From positions 248,001-312,000 of the forward strand of contig CAUYUJ010000248.1 in the NCBI GenBank assembly GCA_963575745.1: DNA of 64,000 nt, given 5' to 3'. Under the pieces are notes generated by a model, which did not search any database, was not told the DNA's origin, and saw only the letters and a list, made by a program, of their open reading frames with translations. Positions 37,206 to 50,437 of the stretch are shown here, one piece after another. Source of the DNA: Prorocentrum cordatum (lineage: Eukaryota). Each line of letters begins with the position of its first letter. The first letter of the stretch is position 1. The position numbers and the translations under genes were made by a program.

Positions 37206-38129
37206 ACTGCAAGTCCCTGGCCTCCGAGGCCACGTCTTCTCCCCCCGCCCTGCTGCCCCTGGCGCCCAGAGGAGGGGGGGGGCAGCAGCAGGAGCGCGGG
37301 TCGGACGTCGACCGTCGCTGCTGCACGAGCCTGCTGCAGTCCGCGCGGGTCGGGCCAGGCTCCGGCGGCTCGGCGGGAGCCCGAGCTCGGTTGGCGATGG
37401 GCGTCGAGCGAGAGGCTCGCGCGCCGTGGGCCAGATCGCCGCGGATGCGGCGCGCTTCGCGGCCTCGGCCGGAGAGTCGCCTCTGCTCCGCGGGGGCGGC
37501 CGGAGAGCGCGAAGAGAAGCGCGCTTTGCGCGGCGCGCAGCGCGAAGGCAGGTGACCTGGATGACAGGTGCCCTGGGTCACTCACCCGCCGGGGTGCAGA
37601 TGTAGTCGCGCTTCCCGCGTCGCGGTCTGGGCCACAGCGGCTGCCCTTCTCAAAGGGGGCGGCGCGAGGGCGTGAAGACAACCGCGCATCGTGGGGCGCG
37701 GGGCGCGAAGTAAGGTGACCCCGGTGCCCCACAAGGGGAAGTTGTGCGGATTCCCTGCAGGCCCCCGATACCTGCTAGCGCGCACGTGCGCCAGCATGAT
37801 ATGATGTGTCACTCGCCTCGTCCCCAGCGCGCTCAACTTGAAAGGAAACATGGCATACCATATGTATAAGCTGTGGCCTGACGGATGACGTAGTACACGC
37901 GATTGCTCCTCGCTGCGATCAGACCACTGGTCCACGCATGCTCCAGGAGCTTTTGTCTGGGCCTCGGCTCAGTCTCCACTCCTGAAGGAGGAGCAGCGGC
38001 AGCAGCAGCCAGAGGAGGACACGAAGGCGGAGCATCAATGAGGGAAAGATAAGCAACAACAAGGTCAGGAGAAGGCGGCGGCGGACCAGGAGGAAGGGCA
38101 GGACTGTTTGTATTTTTGGTGACGTTGCA

Positions 38130-39300
38130 TTTGAGGAAAAGGAGGAGGAGGAGGAAGAGGAGGAGGAGGAGGAGGAGAAGGAAAAGGAGGAGGGGGAGGA
38201 GGAGGAGGAGGAGGAGGAGGAGGAGGAGGATAACGACGAGAACGACGAGGACGAGGAACACGATGAGGATGAGGATGAGGACGACTGCGAGGAGGAGGAC
38301 GACGGCGACGGCGACGACGAGGCCGAGGACGAGGACGAGGCGGAGGAGCAGCAGTAGCAGCACGAGGAGGACGAGGAGGAGGAGGAGGAGGAGGAGGAGG
38401 AGGACGGCGATGGCGACGAGGACGAGGACAAGGAGGATGAGGAGGAGAAGGAGGACGACGACAGCGATGACGACGACGACGGCGACGGCGCCGACGACGA
38501 CGACGACGACGGCGAAGGTGAGGGCGGGGCCGAGGACGAGGACAAGAAGGGGCACGACGAGAGCGACGACCGGTCGTCTACCCCGATCGCGCCCGCAGGC
38601 GAGGACGAGGAGCCGGCGTCGCCTGCCGAGTCGCGGGGTGCCGACAGACGCCCGAGCGTCGAGAGGCGCCCCCGCGCCCGCACCAGGAGCGCGGGCGAGT
38701 TGCGCTGAGGCTCTCGGAGGCCGCCGGAGGACGTGCAGTGCCATTGATGGGCCTGTTGTCCACCACCACCACCATGAGGTGGAGGGGGGAAGGAGGAGGA
38801 GGAGGCGGAGGAGGAGAAGGAGGAGGAGGAGCAGGAGGAGGAGCAGGAGGAGGAGGAGGAGGCGGAGGCGGAGGCGGAGGAGGGGGAGGGGCAGGAGGAG
38901 GAGGAGGAGGAGGAGGAGGAGGAGGAGGAGGAGGAGGAGGAGGAGGAGTAGGAGGAGGAGGAGGAGGAGGAGGAGGAGGAGGAAGAGGAGGAGGAGGGAG
39001 GAGGAGGAGGAGGGGGGTGGAGGACCCCCCCCCCTCCAGCCATGCTGTGGTGCCCCATGGGCTCCGAGGTGGCGGCCCTGTGCTGCGCGGTGTCGCGTTG
39101 TGGTGCCTGTGTGTGGCGCCTCCGCGCGCGTGGTGCTCTGACGCCCACAGGCGGTGGCCCAGTGCTCCTCCCCCTCCCCCCTCCTCTCCTCCCCCTCCTC
39201 CTCCTCCTCCTCCTCCTCCTCCACCTCCTCCTCCTCCTGCTCCTCCTCCTCCTCCTCCTCCTCTTCCGCCTCTCCCTCCTTCCTTCCTTCCTTCCATCCG
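38130..39300. repeat. (GAG)n/(GAC)n/(CCT)n microsatellites
   Basis: Seen directly. Confidence 0.95.
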
Positions 39301-41809
39301 TCCGTGCACGGTGCGTGGTGGCCCAAGCCCCAAGGCGGTCGCCCGGCGCCGTGCAGTGCTACCACGAACAGACCAGGAACAGCAAGGTGAAAGGAAGCAC
39401 GAGCGACCACAAGCACAAGGCAGGCAAGGCCACGAGGTAGAGTGATGTGGAGTGGGGTCGGCTCAATCGGGGTCGCGGAGCGGAATGGATCGGAACGGCG
39501 GGTAGCAGCGGAGATCATGAGATCATGGTAGCGGCGTGGAGCGAGCTCGCAGGTGAGCCTAGGACAGAACGTAGCGTATACAGCCAACCCGCACAGTAAG
39601 GATGGGCAACTGTCCCAAGGGTACCCTTGCATCGTTGTCTCCTCGGTCCATCCTTGGCCACTTTCGTTGGCCGCGACCTGCTCGAAAAGCTTCGACATGG
39701 GCGTCCAAGGCCCTTGCATCCTTATCGCGTATCCTTATCATGCGGGTTGACTGTAGCAGAGGCGCAATCCATTTCTTATTTCCGAGTTGGCCGACTCCTC
39801 TGGAATACTACGCACGAGGCGCGCTCTCCTTGCTACTCCCTGAGCTGGCCGACCTAAGAGGAACATCATACGCGCACGTCAGTGGATCAGGCCAGCGATG
39901 TTTTCCAATGGGCTCCAGGCGCACGCTCAGAACTGATCCCTGGAGCACGAGGCAGCGACGAGGCACGAGGCAGCGAAGAAGACACCGGACACGAGGCGCG
40001 AGGCACGAGGCTGCCCAGGGGCCCGAAGGCCCTTCGGGCTCCTAGGCAGGCCCGTGCGCGTCGTCGTAGCAGCAATGGTGGTCGCCAGCATGGTTGCGCC
40101 GATCGCTGCTACTGCGCCTGCTGCGGGTTGGGTGGATGCTGATGGAGGTGCTCCCTGCTTGCTGATAAGAGCGTTCAAGTTCTGCTGCCCCCAGGTGCGA
40201 CAGCATGAGCCTCTCCTCATGGGCAACAGGCTTGCGGCGGCATCGGGGGGAAGCGAGAAGGCGGCCGAGCTCAGGTAGGCGCTAGGAAGTTGCGAGTCAT
40301 TTTGTCCAGTATCTTTCGGCTCATCCCAGCACTGTCCCTAGACCGTGGACTAGGGTGAACACAACGTTTTTGGAGGCCTCGTGGGGCCCCTTTGTGGTGG
40401 CCTCATGGGGCCTCTTGAGAGCCTTGGGAGGCATGTTGATGCCTCTTGGAGGCATCTTGGGACGTCTCAGGGGTCTCTTGGAGGCCTCTGGGTGGTCTTG
40501 GGTCCATCTTGGAGGGGAGGCTTCGAGCGGTTTAGCGGTGACGCACTTTTTGGGGCTCCTTTTCTGGCCGTCTTGCAGGCCTTTTGGGTCCCTCCTCTCG
40601 GGAGCCTCAGAGGGCCGTTCTTTGGGGTATCTTGGGCTGTCCCGAACGCTCTCAAGGTAGAGAAAGCCGAGACAGCCAAACGTATACACAGCCGCGTGTT
40701 TTAAACACGATTTGGACCTCTCGGGCCTGCCCCGAGGGCCTCCAAAGGACTTCCAAGACAGCCCCACCACGGGACCCTGATGCTGCCTTCGGGAGCGTTG
40801 GAAGTTGTGATTCCGAAGGATACCCTCGTGCTCTTCGTGTTTGCTGCATGTTCGTGAGCATCCTGAGGGAGAGTACCCTCGAACGTTCTTCAGTTTGGCC
40901 GACGAAGGGTGTCATGTTCTTGAAGGGTGTTCCTCTGTCCCAGGTTCGGTCGTACATTATCACATGTAGAACTGCGTCAGTTTTTCAGTTTGTCAGCGCT
41001 GTCACAGAAGTCGTTGGTTTTATGTCAAATCCCATTGTGACTACATAACGAAACCTGCATGTCAATGACCTCCGGTACTTCCGATCAAGATGAGAGCGAG
41101 GAAATAATTTGAGGGTCCGTGGAGTATGCCACAGGGTGTATTACATGAGCGACGTAAAAACAGCAAGGTTGTTTGGTCGACGTTGACGCGTAAGCTGCCC
41201 GCGTAAGGTCGCGCGTAAGCGCTTTGGTCACCAATGTAGCGTTCCGCGTTGGTGGCCTGCGTAAGCCACCGCGCAAGGTCGGTAAGTCATTTCGTGTAAG
41301 ACCCGTTTCTTTTCGTCGCTTACATGTGTGTCCTTGCATCGTGTATAATTCACCCTTCTCTTACTGCTACTGGTACTGCTGCCCCCCATCCAGTTCGCGC
41401 TCCCCCTTCATCCCCTCTTCGTGGAGAAGGGAAAGCGGAGAGAGGAGAGAAGAGAACCGATGGTGGGGAGTTTGGGATGTTGGGCACTGCTTGCGGAGCA
41501 GAGCAAGGAGAGAGTCAGATTAAGAGATGCAGAGTAAGAGAGAGAGAGAGAAGAGGGAGAGAAGAAACACAGAAAGACTAGAACGCAACACGTGGCTGCT
41601 AGAGAGCTCGATCTTCATAGTGCCTTCCTCTCCCGCAACGCCGTTTTCGGACGCCTCCGACGCTTCCGACGCCGCGGAAGCGTCCGATGCGTCTGAAGCG
41701 TTCGAGGCGCCCGAAACGTGCGAGCGCGGCCCTGCGAAACAGAAGTGGTCAATTTAGCAGGGGGCCGGGATAGGCGAGGGTACACACAGGCACACAATAC
41801 GCAGGTACT

Positions 41810-41846
<37 letters not shown>

Positions 41847-42391
41847 AGGTGTGCAGATGTATATGGATATGTGAATGTGTATGGGTGTGCATGTACGTTT
41901 GGGTATATACACATGTACATGTATGTCTACGCGTATGTCTAGTATTACATATACGAAGACACAGACTTGTATGTGCAGCTAGATATATGCATGTAAACGT
42001 ATACATGCTTGCATCTGTGCATTAACGAAAAGATGTGCGTACAATATTGTGTGTATAGTTGTTGGTATGCATGCGTACGCATGCTATGATTAGGATCCCG
42101 CCGGCACAGGCTGCAGAGTCCCGCCACGGCGCCCCAAAAGAAAGAGGCCCAGGCGTCCGGACCCCCCCGGCTGGCAAAACATGCACCGCAACCGGGAACG
42201 CGCCCGACCTTGCCTCCGCAGGATCTCCGAAGGCCTCCAGTCCAGAGGCCTTCCAGCCAAGGCGCTCGGGTAAGAGCTACTTAGGGCTCGGGAGGGGCCC
42301 TGGCTCTCGGGCCTGTCCTTAGCTCTGGGTCGGGACGCCCATCCGTGGCCGAGGCTCGCCGGGGCCAGAAGGGCCCCTCCGTTCCTTACCT

Positions 42392-42533
42392 TTAGCTGCT
42401 CTGATACGCACGTTTTGCAGCGTAACACGTGCCGTGTTCAAAACGTCCGTGTTCAAAACGTACGTGTTCAGTCTGCGTGTTGAGCTCCGTATCAATACGC
42501 TACGTGTTGCGTGTTGCGTATCGGGGCAGCTAA
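42392..42533. mobile_element. MITE with ~19-bp TIRs and a ~9-bp flanking direct repeat (GTTCCTTAC)
   Basis: ttagctgctctgatacgca ... tgcgtatcggggcagctaa, with gttccttac at 42381-42389 and 42534-42542. Confidence 0.75.
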
Positions 42534-44449
42534 GTTCCTTACTCAACGCTCCTTGCGACAGCACGACTGCACGAGGGCACCAGCCGCGCCAGAGCACACG
42601 CAAGACCCAGCCGAGCCTCGAAGCTCGAGCGGCTGCGCGCCCGGGACCGCAGGCAGCGGTTCGCGGTGGACGCTGCGCTTCAATGCCAGGGGGCACTTCT
42701 ACCAGGCGGCGCCCCCCTCCCAGGGGGGAGGAGGAGGAGGAGGAGGAGGAGGAGGAGGAGGAGGAGGAGGAGGAGGAGGAGGAGGAGGAGGAGGAGGAGG
42801 AGGAGGAGGAGAGGGGGGGGGAGGGTGAGGAGGAAAGGAAAGAGTAGGAAGGGAGGGGGAGTTGGAGGAGGAGGGAGGAGGGAGGAGGAGGAGGGGGAGG
42901 GCAAGGCAAGCTAGTGCGCTCGCGTCATATCTGACGTCCTACCCCTCCCTCCCATCCCTTACCATGGCGCTGATTTTCTCTATCCGCGGACGCGTGTCGT
43001 AGCGGACCTGTGGCTCCGCGCGCGCGTGCGTAGTGGGTGGTGGTGCGCGTGCGTGCGTGCGTGCGTTGCGTGCGTGCGTGTGTGCGTGTTGTGGTGCTGG
43101 TGCTGGTGCTGGTGTGCTGGTGCTGGGTGCTGGTGCTGGTGCTGCTGGTGCTGGTGCGCTGCTGCTGCTGCTGCTGCTGCGGCTGGTGGTGGTTGTGGTG
43201 GTGGTGGTGGTGGGTGGTGGTGGTGGTGGTGTGTGGTGGTGGTGGTGGTGGTGGGTGGTGCGGGCGCGGTGGTGGCGGGCGGATGGGCGCGCGAGAAAGA
43301 GGCCCGCGCTGGGGCGAGAACGCTATCCTGAACGACGGAGGCCAAACACCGATCCGAAAATGAGGCCCACGCTGCAGCGGGAGCACGATTCGGAACGACT
43401 CGGGAGCAGAAATGAGGCCGGCGCCTCAGCGAGAGCAGCATTTTGAAAAAAAATGCAGGCGAAAACCCAACTCCCGGGAATCCTGTGTGTAAGAAAACAG
43501 TACGCGGGGGGGGTCTAATACTTTCAGGCCGCCATCGGGGGAAGAGGGAGAGTTGTATTCATATTGAGTAATTGTAGAAAGGAGGAGGAGGAGAAAAAGA
43601 GGAGGAGGAGAACGAGGAAAAGGAGGAGGACGAGGAAGAGTAGGAGGAGGAGGAGGAGGAGGATTACGAGGACGAGGAGGAGGAGGAGGAGGAGGAGGAG
43701 GAGGAGGAGGAGGATTGCGAGGACGGGGACGAGGAGGAGGAGGAGGAGGAGGAGGAGGAGGGGGAGGAGGAGAATGAGGACAAGGAGGAGCAGGAGGAGC
43801 TGGAGGAGCAGCCCGAGCATAGATGGGATTTGGGGGTCGCGCGGCGTCGCTGATGCACTGGCGATAAGGCGCGATCCAGAGCCCAGTCTTCTCTTTCCCG
43901 CCATCGCCGATGCATCGGCGATACGGCGCTACTCCTCCGAACCCACCTGCACTCTGGCCCGACTTTGGGAGGCCTCCAGAGGAGGAGGAAGGGGGAGGAG
44001 GAGGACCAGAGTAAGCCAAAGGTGCATAAGCGATGTTGCAATACACTCTACCGTCCCAAATCCTCTCCTCACACGGCCCTACAAGGCCTCCCTTCCATTT
44101 CACGGAAGCGCTCCTCTTGAAAGACCAGCATAGTTGGGCCTACCATTTTGGCGAGGGCCCCACTTTGAAAAGGAATTGTCTTGAATCTTCCTGGACGCGA
44201 AAAGACGATGATCATACCATTGATCAAAGTGTCGAGCGATATCCCCCTTTCGAAGAAGGACCGCAAGTTAACCCTTGTGGCCATGAGTTTCGTAGAAGCC
44301 TCAAGAAACAGCTCCATTTCAAAAAGAGCCACAATGGATCCTTGCAGCGCTACGTGCGTTGACGTTCCAGGTGACTGACGAAGGCGCAGGCGAGAAGTCC
44401 TCTTTGAAACTGAACAGTCCTCCGTCCTGCGATTCGTCGCGTAAAGACA

Positions 44450-45315
44450 GATATTAAGGCGAGAGCACCATTGTGAAAATGGCTCCCCATCCACGAAACG
44501 GCTTGAGACGTTTAGAGCGAATGCGCGTGGCGCTGAGGCGAGAACTACGCTTTGAAAACCACCCTTTCCATCCTTGAAAGTATCACATACTTGTGGAAAC
44601 AAATGCGCGCGGCGCCAAGGCGAGAGCCACATGTTGAAACATAATCACACTCCATCGTGAACCTGTCGCAAACCTTTACATAAGAATGCGCGTGGCTAAG
44701 TCAAGAGCCACATTCGGACCCGCCCCCTCTATCCGCGAAGCGGCTGCAAACTTTTGACAAGAGTTGGCGCGGCATTAAGGCGAGAGCCACATGTTGAAAA
44801 ATAATTCCCCTCCATCGTGAACCTGTCGCAGAACTTTACATAAGAATGCGCGCGGCGCTACGGCGAGAGCCACATTCGGACCCCCCCCTCTGTCTGCGAA
44901 GCGGCTGCAAACTTTTGACAAGAGTTGGCGCGGCATTAAGGCGAGAGCCGCATGTTGAAAAATAGTCCCCCTCCGCCCGTAAAGTTGTTACAACTTGTTA
45001 AAGACAATGTGCGCGGTTCAAAACCGATACTCGCATTTTGAAAGCCACCCCCTTCACCAGAGGAACTGTTGATAACTGAAGACGTGTGCGCGCTGCGAAA
45101 TCGAGTGACACATTTTGAAAACCACCACCCCTTCAGCCGTGCAGCTGCTGCAAACTTTGAAAGGGAATGCGCGCGGCGCGAAGACGAGAGCCACATTTGA
45201 AAGCCACCCGCCCTCCATCCACGAAACGGCTGACAAGTTTTAAGACGAATGTACGCGGCGCTCAGTCGAGAGCCATGTTTTGAAAACCGCACACCATCAA
45301 TCCGCGAAGCTGCTG
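44450..45315. repeat. Tandem array of ~80-bp units (GCGCGGCG..AGGCGAGAGCCACAT family)
   Basis: About ten gagagccacat-like anchors, with a higher-order ~158-bp duplication at 44620-44960. Confidence 0.88.
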
Positions 45316-46264
45316 GACATGTCAACCCTCAGGATCATAAATGGTGAGGATGTCTCCAGCGAAACGACCGGCCCGCCCAACCGACACGCCGGGGGTGCGA
45401 CAGGAAGGTGTTATCTATACGGAAGGAGCGCAGCGGCTTCACTGTCGACGACAACTACGGAGGCCAGGGCGCGCTTAAGGCTCTGGGCGCGGGCAATACG
45501 GACAGCGCGGCCTAGGTGGTGGAGGGATGTGCGCCTTCAGTGGCGCGGACTCCTCCTCCTCCTCCTCCTCCTCCTCCTCCTCCTCCTCCTCCTCCTTCTC
45601 TTCCTCCTCCTCCGCCTCCTCCTCCGCCTCCTCCTCCTCCTCCTCCTCCTCCTCTTCCTGCTCCTCCTCCTCCTCCTCCGCCTCCTCCTCCTCCCTCTCT
45701 CCCCCCTCCCCTCTTGTTTCATTGGGCAGAGGTGGAGGCCAGAGAGCGAGGACGAGCAGGAGGAGACCCGTCTCGGGCGGGCTGCTGGAGGTCGGGCACA
45801 GGGGCGCGAGGGCTTCCAGACGGCGCCCGCCGGGCGCGGGGCGCGAGGTTCCCCAGGCGCGGCGGAGGCTTGGCAATCACGGCATCAGCAAGAGCATGGC
45901 GCGGGCGCGCGGGCGCGAAGAGGGCCCGCGCGGCCGCGCCTGGCGGGGTCTCGCGGCTGCGCAGGGCAGGGGGCAGGAGACATGCACAGCGCGCCCAATG
46001 GCCTGCCACGGTCTGGGAGGGACGACCAGTCCTTCTCCCAGCCCAACGGGACGCGCCAGAGTTCCTCGAGAAACTTTGCGGTCCCCTGCCGGCGCTGGCC
46101 ACAGCCGTGCGGGGGGGGGGGGGGGGTCCTTTCTGAGAGGTCCCGCCGCTTTTCGGCTGCCCCCACCATGAGCAGGAGGGTCGGGGGCAAGAGCGGAGGA
46201 TGGGTGGATGAAGAGGGTCGGAGAGGACGGAGAGGGATGAAGATGGATCGATGACCAAAACGCC

Positions 46265-46286
46265 CCCGACGACGACGACGACGACG

Positions 46287-46321
<35 letters not shown>

Positions 46322-46493
46322 GCCCACGCCCACGCCCACGCCCACGCCCACGCCCACGCCCACATCAACGCCGACGCCGACGACGACGACGCCGACGCCG
46401 ACGACGACGACGCCGACGACGCCGACGCCGCCGATGCCGCCAACGCCGATGCCGATTCATGCCGATTCCAACACCGACTCCGCCGACACCGAC

Positions 46494-46524
<31 letters not shown>

Positions 46525-46525
46525 C

Positions 46526-46562
<37 letters not shown>

Positions 46563-46793
46563 AACGACCACGACGACGCCGACGCAGGCGTCGACGCCGA
46601 TGCCGACGACAGCGCCGACGCCGACGCCGACGCACGCCGACGACAACGGCGACGCTGACGCCGACGCTGACGCCGACGCCGACGCCGACGCCGATGCCGC
46701 CAACAACAACGACGATGACGACGACGACGACGACGCCGACGCCGACGCCGACTGATGACGACGACGGCGACGACGACGATGACGACGACGATC

Positions 46794-46831
<38 letters not shown>

Positions 46832-46880
46832 TACGACGACGATTCCGACGATTACGACGCCGACGCCGACGCCGACGCTT
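46265..46880. repeat. (GAC)n/(GACGCC)n microsatellite
   Basis: Seen directly. Confidence 0.95.
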
Positions 46881-47621
46881 GCCATCGATCACCGCTGTGT
46901 GCGCCGCGCAGTCGATCCCCGAGGTTTTCCTCCAGCGGCCCACCCACCCCAATCATGAGGCGAGGAGGGGTATTTGCGGCGCCCCCCAGTCGGCCACACC
47001 CAAAAGGGCGGTAGCGGGAGGGGGAAAAGCCTTCCCCCTTCCCCATACCCCCCTCTGCGCGCCGCCAACTCGGTCTTCCTCCAGCGGCTTGCCTTGCCCC
47101 GCCAGGCGTTCGCCCGTTTCGACCTCAACGTCTTGCAGCCGGCGCCGCGCGCCCGTCCGCTTCCACCCCCCCGCGTGTTTCATTATTTGTGTTCTTCGTG
47201 TTTTAATTATTATTATTCGTATTCTTCGTTCTTCTCGTTATTCTGATTAGTTTTGTTATTACTATTGTTTTTACATCCGAAACGTGTAACTGTCGTCCCT
47301 TTTGGGCCAAAACTCAAGCCTCCAGCGGCCTGCGCGGCGACTCTCCGCCATGACGGGTCCCACACTTCATGTTGGTAATCCGAGCGGGTCATCGGATTCC
47401 TATGATTTTCTTGGGCTCCTCAGCCCCTGCGGCGTGAATACGGGGGAAGGGCTCCTCAGCTCCTGCGGCCAGAAAGCGGGGGAAGTAACAGGCGGGAGCT
47501 TCGTCTGTGAGCGAAGTGCGGGTAGCCTCGTCTGAGCTGGCTGTCGGCAAATTTGTTGTTGTCATGGGCCTGCGTGCCCGAAAGGGCGACTGAGGAGCTG
47601 ACGACGACGACGAGACAGCGG

Positions 47622-47980
47622 CCGGGCGCAGGGGTAGCCCTTTGTGTCCGGGCTGGGGGTGGTAACCCATCCTCGGCCGAATCGGGGGCACGGGTAACCC
47701 CTTGTCTCCGGGCCGCCGGTAGTAACCCATCGGCGGCCGAACTGGGCGCAGGGGTAACCCTTTGCGTCCGAGCTGGGGTAGGTAACCCATCTTCGGCCGA
47801 ATCCGGGGCAGGGGTAGCCCCTTGTCTCTGGGCTGGCGGTGGTAACCCATCCTCGGCCGAATCGGGGGCAGGGGTAACCCCTTGTCTCCGGGCTGGCGGT
47901 GGTAACCCATCGTCGGCCGAATCGGGGGCAGGGGTAACCCCTTGCGTCCGGGCTGGCGGTGGTAACCCATCGTCGGCCGC
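47622..47980. repeat. Exact-period 60-bp tandem repeat, 6 copies
   Basis: The unit ggggcaggggtaaccccttgtctccgggctggcggtggtaacccatcctcggccgaatc stacks vertically in the 60-column layout. Confidence 0.97.
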
Positions 47981-49411
47981 AGAGCTTGGGTTCATGCTGC
48001 CTCCCGCCCGAGCGCGGCTGCGCCCCGCTCGAAGCCCGCGGGGTTGTCCCAACGGCTTGGCCCGCGGGGCTGTCCCGACCGCCTGCCCCCGCGCCCCAGC
48101 GGCCCGCGGGATTGTCCCAAAGGCTTCGCGAACCAGCCGTCGGGGAATGCGCGCGCTCTGGCCGCGGCGGCGACGGCGCCTTTGAAAATCGATTTGCTTG
48201 CCCCGACCAAGGGGAAGGGGAGGAGCGCGCGGAGAAGAAGCAGGGGAAGGACGAGGACGGGGAAGGGGTAGGGAGGGGGTGATGATGAGGAGGAAGTGGA
48301 GAAGGAGGAGGAGGAGGAGGAGGAGGAGGAGAAATAGAAGGAGGGGGAGTAGGTGAGGGCAGAACGGCGGGCGAGAGGAGAGTGTCCGTCAGGGCGAGGA
48401 GGAAAAGGATAAGGGCAAGCTAAGCATATTCTCATGTGGGGTCCTTCCGTCGGAGTAATGTTATTTTTATCGTTTTTTATGTTGGTTTTTGTTCTTCTTA
48501 TTCTGACGACAATTATAGCATGATTGTTAAGCGTATTAATCGCACGATTGCAAGTATTAGTATTCGTACTTTGTATTCGATCTGCTCGCAGTAGCAGTGT
48601 TATTGCTGTTATTGTTATTTGTATGCCTAGTACTACTGGCGACGTTGTTATTGATATGATACCAGAGAAAACCCAATCAGAGTCTCTCTTGATATAACAT
48701 GAGATCCCTTTGTAATTGCTCCTTAGGTTCATGAAGCCTGCGAGGGCTATGAAGACCGTGAGGGCTAGGGCTACAGGGCCGTGGGGCTGTAGGGCTATAG
48801 GGCTATAGGGCTGTAGGGCTATAGGGCTATAGGGCTACATGGCTATAGGGCTAAAGGGCTAAAAGGCTATATGGGTTATCGGGCTATTGGGATATTAGGC
48901 TATAGGGCGATAGGGCGATAGGTCTATGGGGCTATAGGGCTATAGGGCTATAGAGCTATCGGGCTGTAGGGCTATCTGGCTATATGGCTATGGGGCTATA
49001 GGGCGACAGAGCACGCAGGCACCCCCAGGCATTTCCGGGCACCCGCGGGCACCTCCAGGCACCCCTGGGCACCCGGGCACCCGGGCACTTGGGCCGGCTA
49101 CCGAAATCGGCGACGCACCTCACCTAACCATATGAATCCGCTAGGACCCTTACAGAGGTAGGCTTTGATTGGGGAATCATTATGAGTATTGTTCTCATTG
49201 TCAGTATTATTGTGTTTAGTTTCCGAATTATTATTGTTATGATTGCCATCGCTTGTAGGTTTACTATTGTTATTCTTAGTATGAACAGTATCGTCAGCAG
49301 TACGATTGATATCAGTATGTATGGTTGATACTTTGGTGATTGTTCTTTTTTTATGATTTTGATGTTTAGTAGCAGTACTGATAGCAGCAGTCGTAGCAGT
49401 CGTATTCGAAA

Positions 49412-49444
<33 letters not shown>

Positions 49445-49445
49445 C

Positions 49446-49477
<32 letters not shown>

Positions 49478-49555
49478 CAGTAGTAGTAGTAGTAGCAGCA
49501 GCAGCAGCAGTAGCAGTAGCAATGGCAGTAGTAGTAGTAGTGGTAGTGGTAGTAA

Positions 49556-49611
<56 letters not shown>

Positions 49612-49724
49612 ATAGTAGTAGTAGTCGTAGTAGTACTATATGTAGTAGTAGTAGTAGCAGTAGTAGTAGTAGTAGTAGAAGTAGTAGTAGAATTAGTAGT
49701 AGTAGTAGTAGAAGTAGTAGTAGT

Positions 49725-49824
49725 NNNNNNNNNNNNNNNNNNNNNNNNNNNNNNNNNNNNNNNNNNNNNNNNNNNNNNNNNNNNNNNNNNNNNNNNNNNN
49801 NNNNNNNNNNNNNNNNNNNNNNNN
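49725..49824. other. Assembly gap (100 N)
   Basis: Run of N between (AGT)n and (GAG)n. Confidence 1.
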
Positions 49825-49939
49825 GGAGGAGGAGGAGGAGGAGGAGGAGGAGGAGGAGGAGGAGGAGGAGGAGGAGGAGGGAGTGAGGGAGGGAGGGAGG
49901 AGGAGGAGGACAAAGGGGGGGAGACGAATGAGACCCGAG

Positions 49940-50361
49940 GGAGGAGGAGCGGAAGCGTCGAACCCATGGCGACGAGAAGGGCCTCCGAAGGATCGCCGAG
50001 TTTTGCGCAGACGTCGCTTTTGTGTGTGTGAAAAGCGTCTCCCCAGAATCAATGTGTTCCAGCATTTTGCGCCGCGGAGCCAAGGGCGGGAGCAGCTTGC
50101 CCAGGGACCCCAACATGTATCATGAGGCCCCAGGACGTCCCAGCAGGATCCAGCAGGCCTTGGCAGGTCCCAGGAGGCCTCCTCGCATGATATGTATGAG
50201 AACGTGGGCCTCGTGTGGTTGTGTGTATGCATATGTGTACACTACAGCATAGACAGATGCATGCACACATGCATTGTCATATATGCGCGAATGTGGACAC
50301 CGTACGGTCATGTGTATACATGTGTGTATCACGTAAACACTCCTATCTATAGACAGGTATA

Positions 50362-50392
<31 letters not shown>

Positions 50393-50395
50393 GCC

Positions 50396-50437
<42 letters not shown>

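Noticed and set aside
37833..39719. 628-aa ORF
   Set aside because: Microsatellite and dispersed-repeat read-through.
44030..44450. Unique-looking open frames here and at 17470-17790 and 5010-5280
   Set aside because: No recognisable motif or codon bias. Possibly decayed element interiors next to the ~80-bp repeat family.
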